Shown piece after piece: positions 54,569 through 63,958 of a DNA stretch of 64,000 bases (its first letter is position 1; every line of letters starts with the position of its first letter). Position numbers and translations under genes: made by a program. The notes below the pieces were generated by a model, which ran no database searches, was not told the origin of the DNA, and saw only the letters and a program-made list of their open reading frames with translations. Origin of the DNA: Bryobacteraceae bacterium (GTDB taxonomy: Bacteria > Acidobacteriota > Terriglobia > Bryobacterales > Bryobacteraceae); the NCBI GenBank assembly GCA_050789245.1, contig JBOZRR010000029.1:5556-69555 (forward strand). The letters run 5' to 3'.

Positions 54569-56421
54569 CAGATCTTCGTCCCTTTCAACGCCGAACGAAC
54601 GGCGGTATTCATCATGTTCTCGGCCAGCTTGCGGGTGGTGGCATCCAGTTTGTCGATGTGCGCCAGGATCAGGCGGTGGTCGTCGGAGTGATAGACAACC
54701 AGGAGTTCGTTCATGGCGAGATCCACAGCTGCACGCTCTTCATCCGAGAGGGCATTCCACGCATCGCTCTGCCGGGCTTTCTCGACGGCGGCGAGGATAT
54801 TGTCAGCCTCGACGCGGGCCTCGCGGACCTGGCGGGCGGAGAAGTCCTCTTCGGCCTTCTCAAAGCTCTCGCGAATCATCGCCTCCACCTGCTCGTCCGT
54901 CAGGCCGTAGGAGGGCTTCACTTCGACGCTCTGCTCCTTGCCCGTGCGAAGGTCGCGGGCGGAGACGCTCAGAATGCCGTTGGCGTCGATCAGGAAACGA
55001 ACCTCGACGCGGGCCATACCGGCCGGAACAGGGTCGATGTCCTTCAGGTCGAAGCGAGCGAGGGAGCGGCAGTCCTTGACCAACTCGCGCTCGCCTTGCA
55101 GCACATGAATCAACACATTGCGCTGGCCGTCAACAGACGTGGTGAAGACTTCGGTGGCGGAGGCTGGGATCGTCGAATTCCTGTGGATCAGCTTCGAGAC
55201 GACGCCGCCCATGGTTTCGATGCCGAGAGAGAGCGGGGTGACGTCCAGCAGCAGTTTATCGTGGACATCGCCGGACAAGATCGCGGCCTGGACCGCGGCG
55301 CCGAGCGCGACCACTTCGTCAGGGTTCAGTTCTGTGTGCGGCTTGGCTTTGAACAGCGCCTCCACGGCGCTGCGCGCGAGCGGGATGCGCGTGGAGCCGC
55401 CGACCAGAACCACTTCGTCGATCTGCTCGGGCGTCACTCCGGCGTCACGCATCGCTTCCCGGCAGGGCTGGAGCGTTCGGTCCACGATGTCGCGGATCAG
55501 GTTGTCGAACAGGTCGCGGGTCAGCTCGCGCTGGTAACCGCGGCCTCGATAGTTGAACTCGATAGCCACCCGCGGCAGCGTGCTGAGCTGCTCCTTGGCG
55601 GCGATAACAGCCTGGCGCAACGTCTGCACCGCTTCGCCGTTCGTCGAAAGGTCCTGGCCCCACTCGCTCTGCAAATCCTCGAGGGCGATCGAGATCAGGC
55701 GGTTGTCGATGTCGTCGCCGCCGAGGTGCGTGTCACCGTGCGTCGAGAGCACCTCGAAGATGCCGTCCTTCAGGCGCAGGATGGAGATGTCGAAGGTGCC
55801 ACCGCCGAAGTCGTAGACCGCGACGATGCCGTCCTTGCGCTTGTCGAGGCCATAGGCCAGAGACGCGGCCGTAGGCTCATTCACCAGGCGCAGCACTTCG
55901 AGGCCGGCAATGCGGCCGGCGTCCTTGGTCGCCTGGCGCTGTGCGTCGTTGAAGTAGGCGGGAACTGTGATCACCGCCTCGGAGATCTCTTCGCCGAGGT
56001 AAGCTTCGGCGTTGGCCTTGAGCTGGCGCAGCACCTGCGCGGAGATTTCGGGCGGCGTCAGCGTGCGGTCGTCGAGATCGATGCGGAGGACACTCTCGCT
56101 GCCCTTGGCGATGTGAAACGGGAAGAGCTTCAACTCGTCCTTGACGTCGTCGGCGCCGCGGCCCATCAAACGCTTGACGGAGTAGACGGTGCGCTCGGGC
56201 CGGTCGATTAGCCGCTGCCGGGCTTCTTCACCGACGATGTAGCCGTGGCCGTCGTCTCGAAGGGAGACGATGCTGGGAACGATGCGGCGGCCCTGGGAAT
56301 CGGAGATGATTTCGGGACCGGTCAAGTCCATGAAAGCGACCAGGCTGTTTGTCGTGCCGAGGTCAATGCCGACGATGCGCTTCTTGCCGGCGGCGCTGAA
56401 GTCGATCTGAAAAGTGCTCAT
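54568..56421 (-). CDS. hscA: Fe-S cluster assembly chaperone HscA (Hsp70 family)
   Basis: GIDLGTTNSLVA, DFGGGTFDIS, VVLVGGSTRIP. Operon context. Confidence 0.95.
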   Translation of the reverse strand: MSTFQIDFSAAGKKRIVGIDLGTTNSLVAFMDLTGPEIISDSQGRRIVPSIVSLRDDGHGYIVGEEARQRLIDRPERTVYSVKRLMGRGADDVKDELKLFPFHIAKGSESVLRIDLDDRTLTPPEISAQVLRQLKANAEAYLGEEISEAVITVPAYFNDAQRQATKDAGRIAGLEVLRLVNEPTAASLAYGLDKRKDGIVAVYDFGGGTFDISILRLKDGIFEVLSTHGDTHLGGDDIDNRLISIALEDLQSEWGQDLSTNGEAVQTLRQAVIAAKEQLSTLPRVAIEFNYRGRGYQRELTRDLFDNLIRDIVDRTLQPCREAMRDAGVTPEQIDEVVLVGGSTRIPLARSAVEALFKAKPHTELNPDEVVALGAAVQAAILSGDVHDKLLLDVTPLSLGIETMGGVVSKLIHRNSTIPASATEVFTTSVDGQRNVLIHVLQGERELVKDCRSLARFDLKDIDPVPAGMARVEVRFLIDANGILSVSARDLRTGKEQSVEVKPSYGLTDEQVEAMIRESFEKAEEDFSARQVREARVEADNILAAVEKARQSDAWNALSDEERAAVDLAMNELLVVYHSDDHRLILAHIDKLDATTRKLAENMMNTAVRSALKGTKI

Positions 56422-56452
56422 GGAGGATTTCGAGGTCGCTCGAGTGGGCCGC

Positions 56453-57091
56453 TCAGGCGTTGTTTGCGGTAAGCTGGCGATCCACTTCGGCGAGCAGATT
56501 ACGGATATAGCGCCGGCGGTTCAGAATGCCGCGAATCTGTTGCAGCACCTGGCGCCGCTCGGCGGCGGATTCAAGAGAATCATGGCGGGCGAAGGCCGTT
56601 TCGAGTTCGCCGTCGCTCCGCGAGAGCATCTCGACGAACTTTCCCCTCGACTCTTCGAGCTGCGGCAGGACCTCAGTATCTCCGGCCTTCAATTCGTCGA
56701 GCGCCATGTTCAGCTCGAAGACTTCCTCGAGCAGTTCTGGCGGAACGTCTCGGGACCGCTGTTCGCCGATGTCGAAGCCGTTCTCCTTCAGGAAATACTC
56801 GGCGCGTTTGACCGGGTCGCGCAAAACGCGGTAGCCGTCGTTCAAAATCGCGGTGGCTTCGAGAGAGTAAGCGCGCTCGCGCTCAGAGGCGCGGCCATAC
56901 TTGTCGGGGTGGAGCATCCGGCTGAGCGCATAGAACTTGCGTTGCACCTCATCGGCGTCCAGCTTCAGTCTCTTCGGGAGGCCGAAGAAGTCGAAATAGT
57001 CCGGGACCGGGTTCTGCAGCGAATTGCAGTAGCGGCAGAAGAGCGACCCGGCTTCCTCGGACCCGCACTGCCAGCAGCTATGGTGTTGCAT
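56453..57091 (-). CDS. hscB: Fe-S co-chaperone HscB with N-terminal Cys4 element
   Basis: J-domain with HPD (LSRMLHPDK) and a C-terminal helical bundle. N-terminal CWQCGSEEAGSLFCRYC. Confidence 0.9.
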   Translation of the reverse strand: MQHHSCWQCGSEEAGSLFCRYCNSLQNPVPDYFDFFGLPKRLKLDADEVQRKFYALSRMLHPDKYGRASERERAYSLEATAILNDGYRVLRDPVKRAEYFLKENGFDIGEQRSRDVPPELLEEVFELNMALDELKAGDTEVLPQLEESRGKFVEMLSRSDGELETAFARHDSLESAAERRQVLQQIRGILNRRRYIRNLLAEVDRQLTANNA

Positions 57092-57417
57092 CAGGCCGAG
57101 AACGAGCTGCCACAGCCGCAGCTTCGCGTCGCATGCGGATTCTCGAACGCGAAGCCGGACTGCATCAGCGACTCCTTGTAATCGAGCGTCAGCCCGTCGA
57201 GAAAAGTCATGCTCTTCGGATCGACGTAGACCTTCACGCCGTCAAAGTCGAAGACATGGTCCGTCGGGCGCGGCTTCGGCTCGAACTTGAACTGGTAGCT
57301 CAGCCCAGAGCAGCCTCCGCCGAGTACGCCGAGGCGCAACCCACCCTCGACGCCCTGCTTGGCGAACGTGGCGCGGATCTTCTCGACGGCTTTCGGCGTG
57401 ACCTGAATCTCGGGCAT
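57091..57417 (-). CDS. iscA: Fe-S cluster carrier IscA (HesB family)
   Basis: GGGCSG...CGCGSSF. Confidence 0.9.
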   Translation of the reverse strand: MPEIQVTPKAVEKIRATFAKQGVEGGLRLGVLGGGCSGLSYQFKFEPKPRPTDHVFDFDGVKVYVDPKSMTFLDGLTLDYKESLMQSGFAFENPHATRSCGCGSSFSA

Positions 57418-57454
57418 ATTACTCTCTCTCCACCGTCATCTTACGCCCGCCGGC

Positions 57455-57862
57455 TCAAGCCTGGACGGTTTCGGGCGAGGAGACGGCCTTCTTCTTATAG
57501 TCCTGAATGGCGGCCTTGATGGCGTCCTCAGCCAGCACCGAGCAGTGAATCTTCACCGGCGGCAGGCTGAGCTCGTTGACGATTTCGGTGTTCTTGATCT
57601 GCAGCGCCTCGTCCACCGTCTTGCCCTTCAGCATCTCGGTGGCGAGCGAGGAACTGGCGATGGCGGAGCCGCAGCCGAAGGTCTTGAACTTGGCGTCCTC
57701 GATGACGCCGGTCTGGGAGTTGACCTTGATCTGCAGCTTCATCACGTCGCCGCACTCGGGCGCGCCGACCAGACCCGTGCCCACGCTGGGGTCCTTCTTG
57801 TCGAGCGACCCGACGTTGCGCGGGTTGTTGTAGTGGTCCAGAACCTTATCGGAATAAGCCAT
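57455..57862 (-). CDS. iscU: Fe-S scaffold IscU
   Basis: GAPECGDVMKL, FGCGSAIASSS, LPPVKIHCS. Confidence 0.97.
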   Translation of the reverse strand: MAYSDKVLDHYNNPRNVGSLDKKDPSVGTGLVGAPECGDVMKLQIKVNSQTGVIEDAKFKTFGCGSAIASSSLATEMLKGKTVDEALQIKNTEIVNELSLPPVKIHCSVLAEDAIKAAIQDYKKKAVSSPETVQA

Positions 57863-57907
57863 GTCGTCCCCTTTTGACCTCGATATCCTCTGATTCCTCA
57901 GTCGCGC

Positions 57908-59125
57908 TTAGTGCGCGGTCCATTCGACCTTCGTCAGGTCGACCCCCTCTTTGACCATCTCGTACAGCGGCGAAAGCTCGCGGAGCTTCTTCACGACGTC
58001 GATGACCTTCTCGGCGGTGTAGTCGATCTCCTCATCGGTGTTGAAGCGGCCGATGCCGAAGCGGATGGAGGAGTGCGCGAGGTCATCACCGGCGCCGAGC
58101 GCCTTCAGAACGTAGCTGGGTTCGAGCGTGGCCGAGGTGCAGGCCGAGCCGCTTGAGACCGCGATGTCGTTGACGCCCATCAGTAGGCTCTCGCCCTCGA
58201 CGTAGGCGAAGCTGATGTTCAGGTTGTGCGGAAGACGGCTATCCATCGTGCCGTTGATGTACACCTCGTCGAGTTCGGCGAAGATGCGGTCCTTCAGGCG
58301 GTCGCGCATCGTGCTGTGCAACGCCATCTCAGCCGGCAGTTCCTGGCGGCAGATCTCGGCGGCTGCGCCGAAACCGACGATGCCGGGGACGTTCAGCGTG
58401 CCGGAGCGCATGCCGCGCTCGTGGCCGCCGCCGTCCATCTGGGCGGTGAGCTGGACTCGCGGATTCTTACGGCGGACATAGAGAGCGCCGACGCCCTTCG
58501 GCCCGTACATCTTGTGGGCGGAGAAGCTCATCAGGTCGATGCCGTCGGCGATGACGTCGACGGGGATCTTGCCGACCGCCTGCGTGCCGTCGGTGTGGAA
58601 CAGGACGCCGTGCTCCTTGCAGATCTTCGAGATCTCGCGGACCGGCTGGACCGTGCCGATCTCGTTGTTCCCGTACATGATCGAGACCAGGACTGTCTTG
58701 TCGGTGATGGAGTCGCGGAGTTGGTCGAGGTCGATCAAGCCGTCGGGCCGGACGGGCAGGTAGGTCACCTTCACTCCGTGCTTTTCCAGGCGCTTGCAGG
58801 TGTCGAGGATCGCCTTGTGCTCCGTGGCGGCGGTGATAATGTGGTTGCCCTTCTGGGCGTACATCTCGACGACACCCTTGAGGGCGAGGTTGTCGGACTC
58901 GGTGGCGCCGGAGGTGATGACAATCTCCTTGGCCGTCGCGCCAATCAGGTCAGCCACTTGTTTTCTCGCCTTCTCGACTGCCTCTTCCGCTACCCAGCCG
59001 AAGCTGTGGTTACGGCTGGCGGCGTTGCCGAAGCTCTCGATGAAGTAAGGCTTCATCGCCTCGAAGACCCTGGGGTCCATCGGCGTCGTCGCGTGATTGT
59101 CGAGATAAATCGGAAATTTCACCAT
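57908..59125 (-). CDS. iscS: cysteine desulfurase IscS
   Basis: [10 protein letters not shown] (PLP Lys), SSGSACTS (active Cys loop), 405 aa. Confidence 0.97.
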   Translation of the reverse strand: MVKFPIYLDNHATTPMDPRVFEAMKPYFIESFGNAASRNHSFGWVAEEAVEKARKQVADLIGATAKEIVITSGATESDNLALKGVVEMYAQKGNHIITAATEHKAILDTCKRLEKHGVKVTYLPVRPDGLIDLDQLRDSITDKTVLVSIMYGNNEIGTVQPVREISKICKEHGVLFHTDGTQAVGKIPVDVIADGIDLMSFSAHKMYGPKGVGALYVRRKNPRVQLTAQMDGGGHERGMRSGTLNVPGIVGFGAAAEICRQELPAEMALHSTMRDRLKDRIFAELDEVYINGTMDSRLPHNLNISFAYVEGESLLMGVNDIAVSSGSACTSATLEPSYVLKALGAGDDLAHSSIRFGIGRFNTDEEIDYTAEKVIDVVKKLRELSPLYEMVKEGVDLTKVEWTAH

Positions 59126-59155
59126 TTGTTTTATGCCTCGTCCAGCGCTGAATCG

Positions 59156-59623
59156 CTATGTCTGAAGGACCGTCAGAGCGGACAGGGCGGAACGGCCGTG
59201 CTCGGCCGGATGCGCCGCGTCGTCGTCTGACAGGTCGCTGATGGTAATACTGTCGAGCAGTCGGAGGATGCCCTCGTGCACCTTGCGGAGGGGCTCGCGG
59301 ACTGTGCATTTCTGCGACAGGTCGCAGTCGCCGTGCTCGGTGAAGCAACTGGTCAAAATGATGGGCCCGTCGATGGAGCGGATGACCTCGAGCGCGGTGA
59401 TAGTGCGCGGATCGCGAGCCAGCCGGTATCCACCGTTGGTACCCTGCTCGGAGACGAGAAAGCCTTCCTTGACCAACCGCTGAAGCACCTTGGCAAGGAT
59501 CGGCAATGGGATCCGATACGCCTCGGCCACTTCCTTGGCGCTGGCGGCGCCGCGGTCCTGCCGGAGGGCGAGGTGTTTCAGGCTGATCAACCCGTAGTCG
59601 GCTTTCTTGGTCAGCTTGAGCAT
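59156..59623 (-). CDS. iscR: Rrf2-family regulator IscR
   Basis: MLKLTKKADYGLISLKHLA wHTH. Cys cluster TSCFTEHGDCDLSQKC. First gene of the isc operon. Confidence 0.9.
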   Translation of the reverse strand: MLKLTKKADYGLISLKHLALRQDRGAASAKEVAEAYRIPLPILAKVLQRLVKEGFLVSEQGTNGGYRLARDPRTITALEVIRSIDGPIILTSCFTEHGDCDLSQKCTVREPLRKVHEGILRLLDSITISDLSDDDAAHPAEHGRSALSALTVLQT

Positions 59624-59628
59624 GGAGT

Positions 59629-59653
59629 ATCTCGGACCTATTCAGTCCTGGAT
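59629..59653. promoter_or_regulatory. candidate IscR operator (type-1-like)
   Basis: ATCTCGGACCTATTCAGTCCTGGAT contains GGAC-N7-GTCC. It resembles the E. coli type-1 consensus ATASYYGACTRwwwYAGTCRRSTAT and lies 6-30 nt upstream of the iscR start. Confidence 0.3.
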
Positions 59654-59831
59654 TCAATTTAGCACTCGCGCCGAATGGCGTCAACCCCGCGCGCTGCGTC
59701 TTTTCAATGAGTTAAATCCGGACCAAAAACATCCTCTATTGATTGATGCGAGGGATGCCGAAGAGGATTCCAAGGGTGCAAAAGAGCGGCATGATAGACT
59801 GTGATCCTGCACGCGGAGCGATGAGCAGGCG

Positions 59832-61208
59832 ATGATCAGGCTATTCCGGGTGTTTATCCCGACCTCGGTGGTGGGCCTGCTGATTTCCGAGATCCTGCTG
59901 GCATACGCTTGCTACCTGGCGGCGATCTTCTGGATGGAGGAGATCAGCACGCCGATCTACCTGCTCTACGAGACGGGGCTGTTCAGGGTGACGCTGGTAG
60001 TGGCCAGCATCCTGCTGGGCCTCTACTTCAACGACCTCTACACGAACGTGCGCGTGCTCTCCCGAACGCTGCTGGTCCAGCAGTTCTGCCTGGCCGTGGG
60101 GCTAGCGTTTATCACGCAGGCGCTTTTAAGTTACGTGCTGCCGGAACTGGTGCTGGAGCGGTGGAACATGATTCTTGGCAGCACATTGGCGCTGGTGGCA
60201 TTGCCCGCGTGGCGGATGGCATACGCCCACTTGACGCTAAAGCTGATGGGGACGCAAAAGGTGCTGTTCCTGGGACAGAGTGAAACGATCGAGCGCGTCT
60301 CCGAGCGTCTGAAGCAACGGCCGGAGTTCGGGCTGGAGACTATGGGGTATCTGGGGGAGCCTGGCGCGGGGATCGGCGAGTGCCTCGGGAGGGTGGATCA
60401 GGCCAAGGAAGTCTACCAACAGCGCAAGCCGGACCTGATCGCGGTGGGTCTGGAGGAGCGCCGTGGACTGATGCCGGTGCAACTGCTTCTGGAACTGAGG
60501 CTGGGAGGGGTGCGGATCGAGGACGCGTCATCGCTATTCGAAGTGGTGATGGGACGGGTGTCGCTGCGGTCGCTGCGGCCGTCACACCTTATCTTCACCA
60601 CCGAACTCGGGCCGAACGTCCGTCATGTTGCGTTGCAGAGGCTCTATTCGATGATGGTGGCCTTGGTGGGGCTGGTAGCGGCTTCGCCGCTGATGCTACT
60701 GGCGCTGGCGCTGGTGAAACTGAGCTCGAAGGGTCCGGCGATCTACCGGCAGAGGCGTGTAGGACTTCACGGTCGAGTGTTCGAGTTGTACAAGTTCAGG
60801 TCGATGTACGTCGACGCCGAGGCGAGGACTGGAGCTGTATGGGCCGCCGAGAACGATCCCCGAATCACGCCGGCGGGCCGATGGCTGCGGAAACTAAGGC
60901 TGGATGAACTGCCGCAGTTCGTGAACGTTCTGAAGGGGGAGATGGCAATTGTGGGGCCGCGTCCGGAACGGCCGGAGTTTGTCGAGGTGCTCTGCGAGAA
61001 AATTCCCTTCTATGGGCAGCGGCATGCCATCCTGCCGGGGATCACGGGTTGGGCTCAGATCAACCACCACTACGGGGCGACGCTGGAAGACACAGAGGCG
61101 AAGCTCGAATACGACCTGTACTACCTGAAGAACATGTCGTTCTCGCTGGACGCGTACATCATCTTCCAGACCCTAAAGGTGATGCTGCTGAGCCGGGGAT
61201 CGCAGTAG
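59832..61208 (+). CDS. polyprenyl-phosphate glycosyl-1-phosphate transferase (bacterial sugar transferase, WbaP/EpsB-like)
   Basis: 4-5 N-terminal TM helices, a central domain, and a C-terminal catalytic block RRVGLHGRVFELYKFRSM...DELPQFVNVLKGEMAIVGPRPERP. Confidence 0.9.
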   Translation: MIRLFRVFIPTSVVGLLISEILLAYACYLAAIFWMEEISTPIYLLYETGLFRVTLVVASILLGLYFNDLYTNVRVLSRTLLVQQFCLAVGLAFITQALLSYVLPELVLERWNMILGSTLALVALPAWRMAYAHLTLKLMGTQKVLFLGQSETIERVSERLKQRPEFGLETMGYLGEPGAGIGECLGRVDQAKEVYQQRKPDLIAVGLEERRGLMPVQLLLELRLGGVRIEDASSLFEVVMGRVSLRSLRPSHLIFTTELGPNVRHVALQRLYSMMVALVGLVAASPLMLLALALVKLSSKGPAIYRQRRVGLHGRVFELYKFRSMYVDAEARTGAVWAAENDPRITPAGRWLRKLRLDELPQFVNVLKGEMAIVGPRPERPEFVEVLCEKIPFYGQRHAILPGITGWAQINHHYGATLEDTEAKLEYDLYYLKNMSFSLDAYIIFQTLKVMLLSRGSQ

Positions 61209-61272
61209 CCGCCGCAAACGGTGACAGAGAAGGGCCGATCCCGTAGAATAGGGGAGAAGTCCCACCCGTTGA

Positions 61273-61347
61273 GCGGGAGTAACTCAAGGGTAGAGTCACA
61301 GCCTTCCAAGCTGTTGGTTGCGGGTTCGAGTCCCGTCTCCCGCTCCA
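61273..61347 (+). tRNA. tRNA-Gly (anticodon UCC)
   Basis: Manual cloverleaf: acceptor GCGGGAG/CUCCCGC, D arm ACUC-AAGGGUA-GAGU, anticodon arm ACAGC-CUUCCAA-GCUGU, T arm GCGGG-UUCGAGU-CCCGU, discriminator U, encoded CCA. Confidence 0.9.
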
Positions 61348-61352
61348 TGTTT

Positions 61353-62120
61353 TCAATCACTTACAGGTAATTCCCTCAGATAATCTTCGACGGACCAGCC
61401 TGCCGGTTCACTTTCGAATCCGAGCATGGTGTATGCCGCTTCCAGGACCCGAACCGTCGGACCAGGTTGCCGCAACGCCGCCAGCAGAACTGGCATGATG
61501 CGACTGTCGTGACGCTTCGCCAACCCGACCAGAGCCTCCTCCGCAGCATCAAGGCTTTTGTCGTCCAGTCTCCGCAGCAGCGCTTCCCGAATCTCGGGAG
61601 AATCCTCGTCGGTTTGCACTCCGATCCCGAATGTAGCCCAGTCGCGAACTTCCGGATCGGCATCTTCCATCAGTGCGAGAAGCGTCGTCGTCCTCATCGG
61701 GTCGTCTGGCAAGGAACCGAGCGCGCACGCGACAGAGAGCCTTATATTCGCATTCGAATGTGTCAGGAAAGACGCAATCAGCGGAATGGCGCGGGAGTCA
61801 CCCAGGTGTCCGAGTGCGAAGATCGCCGAGCTAAGCGGCCGGGCGGCCTGCTCGCTTTGAATCAACCGGCTCAAGACGTGGTGAGACTCCTGCGGAAAGT
61901 TGTTCGATGACTGATTCGCAGGCTTCCCGATTTGCGCAATGACATCCAGCCCTCGCGCTCGTTCGAGCGGTTCGATTGACTCAGTCCATTGGACGGCCTT
62001 TTCGAAGACCTGCCGGGTGCCGATTCTATGAATCGAACGGACGGCCTCCCACGGAGCATCGCCATCGTATTCGCCTTGCAGGGTCTGAGCAAAAAGGTCG
62101 TCGAGCTCAGCTTGAGTCAT
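61353..62120 (-). CDS. HEAT-repeat protein
   Basis: Repeated PBS-lyase/HEAT-like units (SRAIPLIASFLTHSNANIRLSVACALGSL; DADPEVRDWATFGIG). Start moved to MTQAELDD. Confidence 0.65.
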   Translation of the reverse strand: MTQAELDDLFAQTLQGEYDGDAPWEAVRSIHRIGTRQVFEKAVQWTESIEPLERARGLDVIAQIGKPANQSSNNFPQESHHVLSRLIQSEQAARPLSSAIFALGHLGDSRAIPLIASFLTHSNANIRLSVACALGSLPDDPMRTTTLLALMEDADPEVRDWATFGIGVQTDEDSPEIREALLRRLDDKSLDAAEEALVGLAKRHDSRIMPVLLAALRQPGPTVRVLEAAYTMLGFESEPAGWSVEDYLRELPVSD

Positions 62121-62254
62121 CGATCCGATTCTAGTGAACTCCCACCGGAGATGACCCATTCCTCCGCAAAATCCGTGATCGAAATTCGTCCCCGGCCGCG
62201 CAGGTGTCCTTGAGAGCGCAACAGCGCTCAACACATCACTCGGAGGATTCGAAA

Positions 62255-62785
62255 ATGTTCGGCAACAACACATGCCTGAAGATGGCTCTCACGCTTGGCT
62301 TATTCGCGGCGTTCGCGGCGCCTGGAGCGTTCGCTCAGAAGGGCAGCACCAGCGGCCCCACACAGGTCCGCGACGCCGACGCGGCTCACCGGCAACCCGT
62401 CGTTGGGAATGTCACGGCGAGCATCCCATCCGGAACGCACTACAAGAGCAGCAACATCCTGTACACGGTGCCCGCGGGCAAGAAGTTGGTGCTCGATACC
62501 GTCTCGATGGAGGCCTCGGCACCGGCGACCGGCCAGATGGTGAGCATCACCTTCGTCTGCCAGGGCATGGACAAGGGCATGACCTTCTTCCTGAACGGCG
62601 ACTTCGCCGGCACCTACTGGGGCAACAACAAGTTCGTCAAAACGCAGCAGGTCTTTTGCGTGGTGCCCGAAGGCATGATGGTCTACGCCGACGCGCACCG
62701 CAGCGCCGACGGCAACGGCACTTTCAATGGAGCCGCCAGCGCCACCGTCACCTTCTCCGGCTACCTCGTGGACGCGGTTCAGTAG
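62255..62785 (+). CDS. hypothetical exported protein
   Basis: GGAGGA RBS. Signal MFGNNTCLKMALTLGLFAAFAAPGAFA. No recognised motif. Confidence 0.6.
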   Translation: MFGNNTCLKMALTLGLFAAFAAPGAFAQKGSTSGPTQVRDADAAHRQPVVGNVTASIPSGTHYKSSNILYTVPAGKKLVLDTVSMEASAPATGQMVSITFVCQGMDKGMTFFLNGDFAGTYWGNNKFVKTQQVFCVVPEGMMVYADAHRSADGNGTFNGAASATVTFSGYLVDAVQ

Positions 62786-62811
62786 CGCTTTCGCGCCAGG
62801 CCTCCCCGCGA

Positions 62812-63717
62812 CTACGCCACCGCGCGAGCGGCGAGCAGGGAGGTCTGGACCGGCCGGGTGGAGCGGAATGCCGCCAGTTCGGCTGGGAAGTGGCGAATGA
62901 GTCCCGCCGGAGCCAGCAGAGGCGCCGCTCCAAGCATCTCCCTCATCTGGAGCGCATTTACCATCGAGAATCCGTTGCCTCGATTGGCCATCACCACCAG
63001 TGTCCGCGGTGCATTCGTGGCAAGGCGTCGGACGCGCGGCAGCCACTCCTCCATTTCGTCCAGCCCGTACAGATGCGGTCTGACCCGGGCCTCAGGATCG
63101 AAACTCTGGAAGGCCTCCGGGCTCTGGCGGCCGTGCATGCGCACCACCGCCACGCCGGTGGTGAATAGCGCCGTCGGCGGCGTGGAGCGGAAACTCAACG
63201 GCTGGTCGACATTCACCAGTCCCACGCGGTAGTCGATCAGCGTGCCCAGGGCCTCCTCGCGCAGCCAGCTTTCGTGGCGGAACTCGGCCGCCAACGGAAA
63301 CTCATGAAACGCGCGGCGAAGCTGGATGAGGAACTCGCGGTTCTCGGCGGTGAATCGAAAGGCCCACGGGAACTGCATCACCACGGCGCCCAGCTTCCGG
63401 GCGCGCATCAGTGAGAACAGCCCCGGCTTCCAAGCGGCCACGGCGGTGGTATCCAGGTCCCGGTCGTAGGTGAAGCGCCGTCCCAGCATGGCCGTGAACT
63501 GGAATCGGGGATTCGCTGACACCTTCCGGGCGTACAGACCGGCGATCTCCGGCTTCAGGGGCTCGCAAAGGGTCTGGTCGATCTCCGCCAAGTCAGTGTA
63601 CCGGGCCAGAAGCTCGAGCACATGCCCGTGCCGCCCGTTCTCGGCGCCTACTGCCGCGGCCCAATCGCTCCGTGCCCATCCGGAGGGGCCGATCCAAAAA
63701 TTCTGAGGCGTCACCAT
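62812..63717 (-). CDS. DUF72-family protein
   Basis: IGPSGWA..DW...Y...........L..Y......VEID.TFY-like N-terminus (FWIGPSGWARSDWAAAV...LAEIDQT) and typical length. Recalled family pattern. Confidence 0.65.
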   Translation of the reverse strand: MVTPQNFWIGPSGWARSDWAAAVGAENGRHGHVLELLARYTDLAEIDQTLCEPLKPEIAGLYARKVSANPRFQFTAMLGRRFTYDRDLDTTAVAAWKPGLFSLMRARKLGAVVMQFPWAFRFTAENREFLIQLRRAFHEFPLAAEFRHESWLREEALGTLIDYRVGLVNVDQPLSFRSTPPTALFTTGVAVVRMHGRQSPEAFQSFDPEARVRPHLYGLDEMEEWLPRVRRLATNAPRTLVVMANRGNGFSMVNALQMREMLGAAPLLAPAGLIRHFPAELAAFRSTRPVQTSLLAARAVA

Positions 63718-63894
63718 TCCTGCCTCCTTCGCTCTCTATTTGCCTCAAATAGTAGAACAAAGGGCGAATACAGTCAATGATTATTTTGGGCTGTAACTTC
63801 ACGCTGTCCAGAAACGCTATTTAGTCAATCCCCGTTACGAACGGCGGGCGCGGCACCCCCAACACCCAAAGCCACGCCCGCCTCTCCCCAATCC

Positions 63895-63934
63895 AAAAAC
63901 AAAACGCGCCGCCGGACTCGTGTCCAACGGCGCG
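63895..63934 (-). terminator. intrinsic terminator of the gene entering from the right edge
   Basis: On the reverse strand, CGCGCCG..GGAC-ACGA-GTCC..CGGCGCG is followed by TTTTGTTTTTG. Confidence 0.65.
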
Positions 63935-63958
63935 CTTTCGCGGTTCCTGTGGGCGAGG

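Noticed and set aside
54658-56211. 517-aa + strand ORF
   Set aside because: It is antisense to hscA. The composition is low-complexity (Asp/Gly/Arg/Val/Ala) with no motifs.
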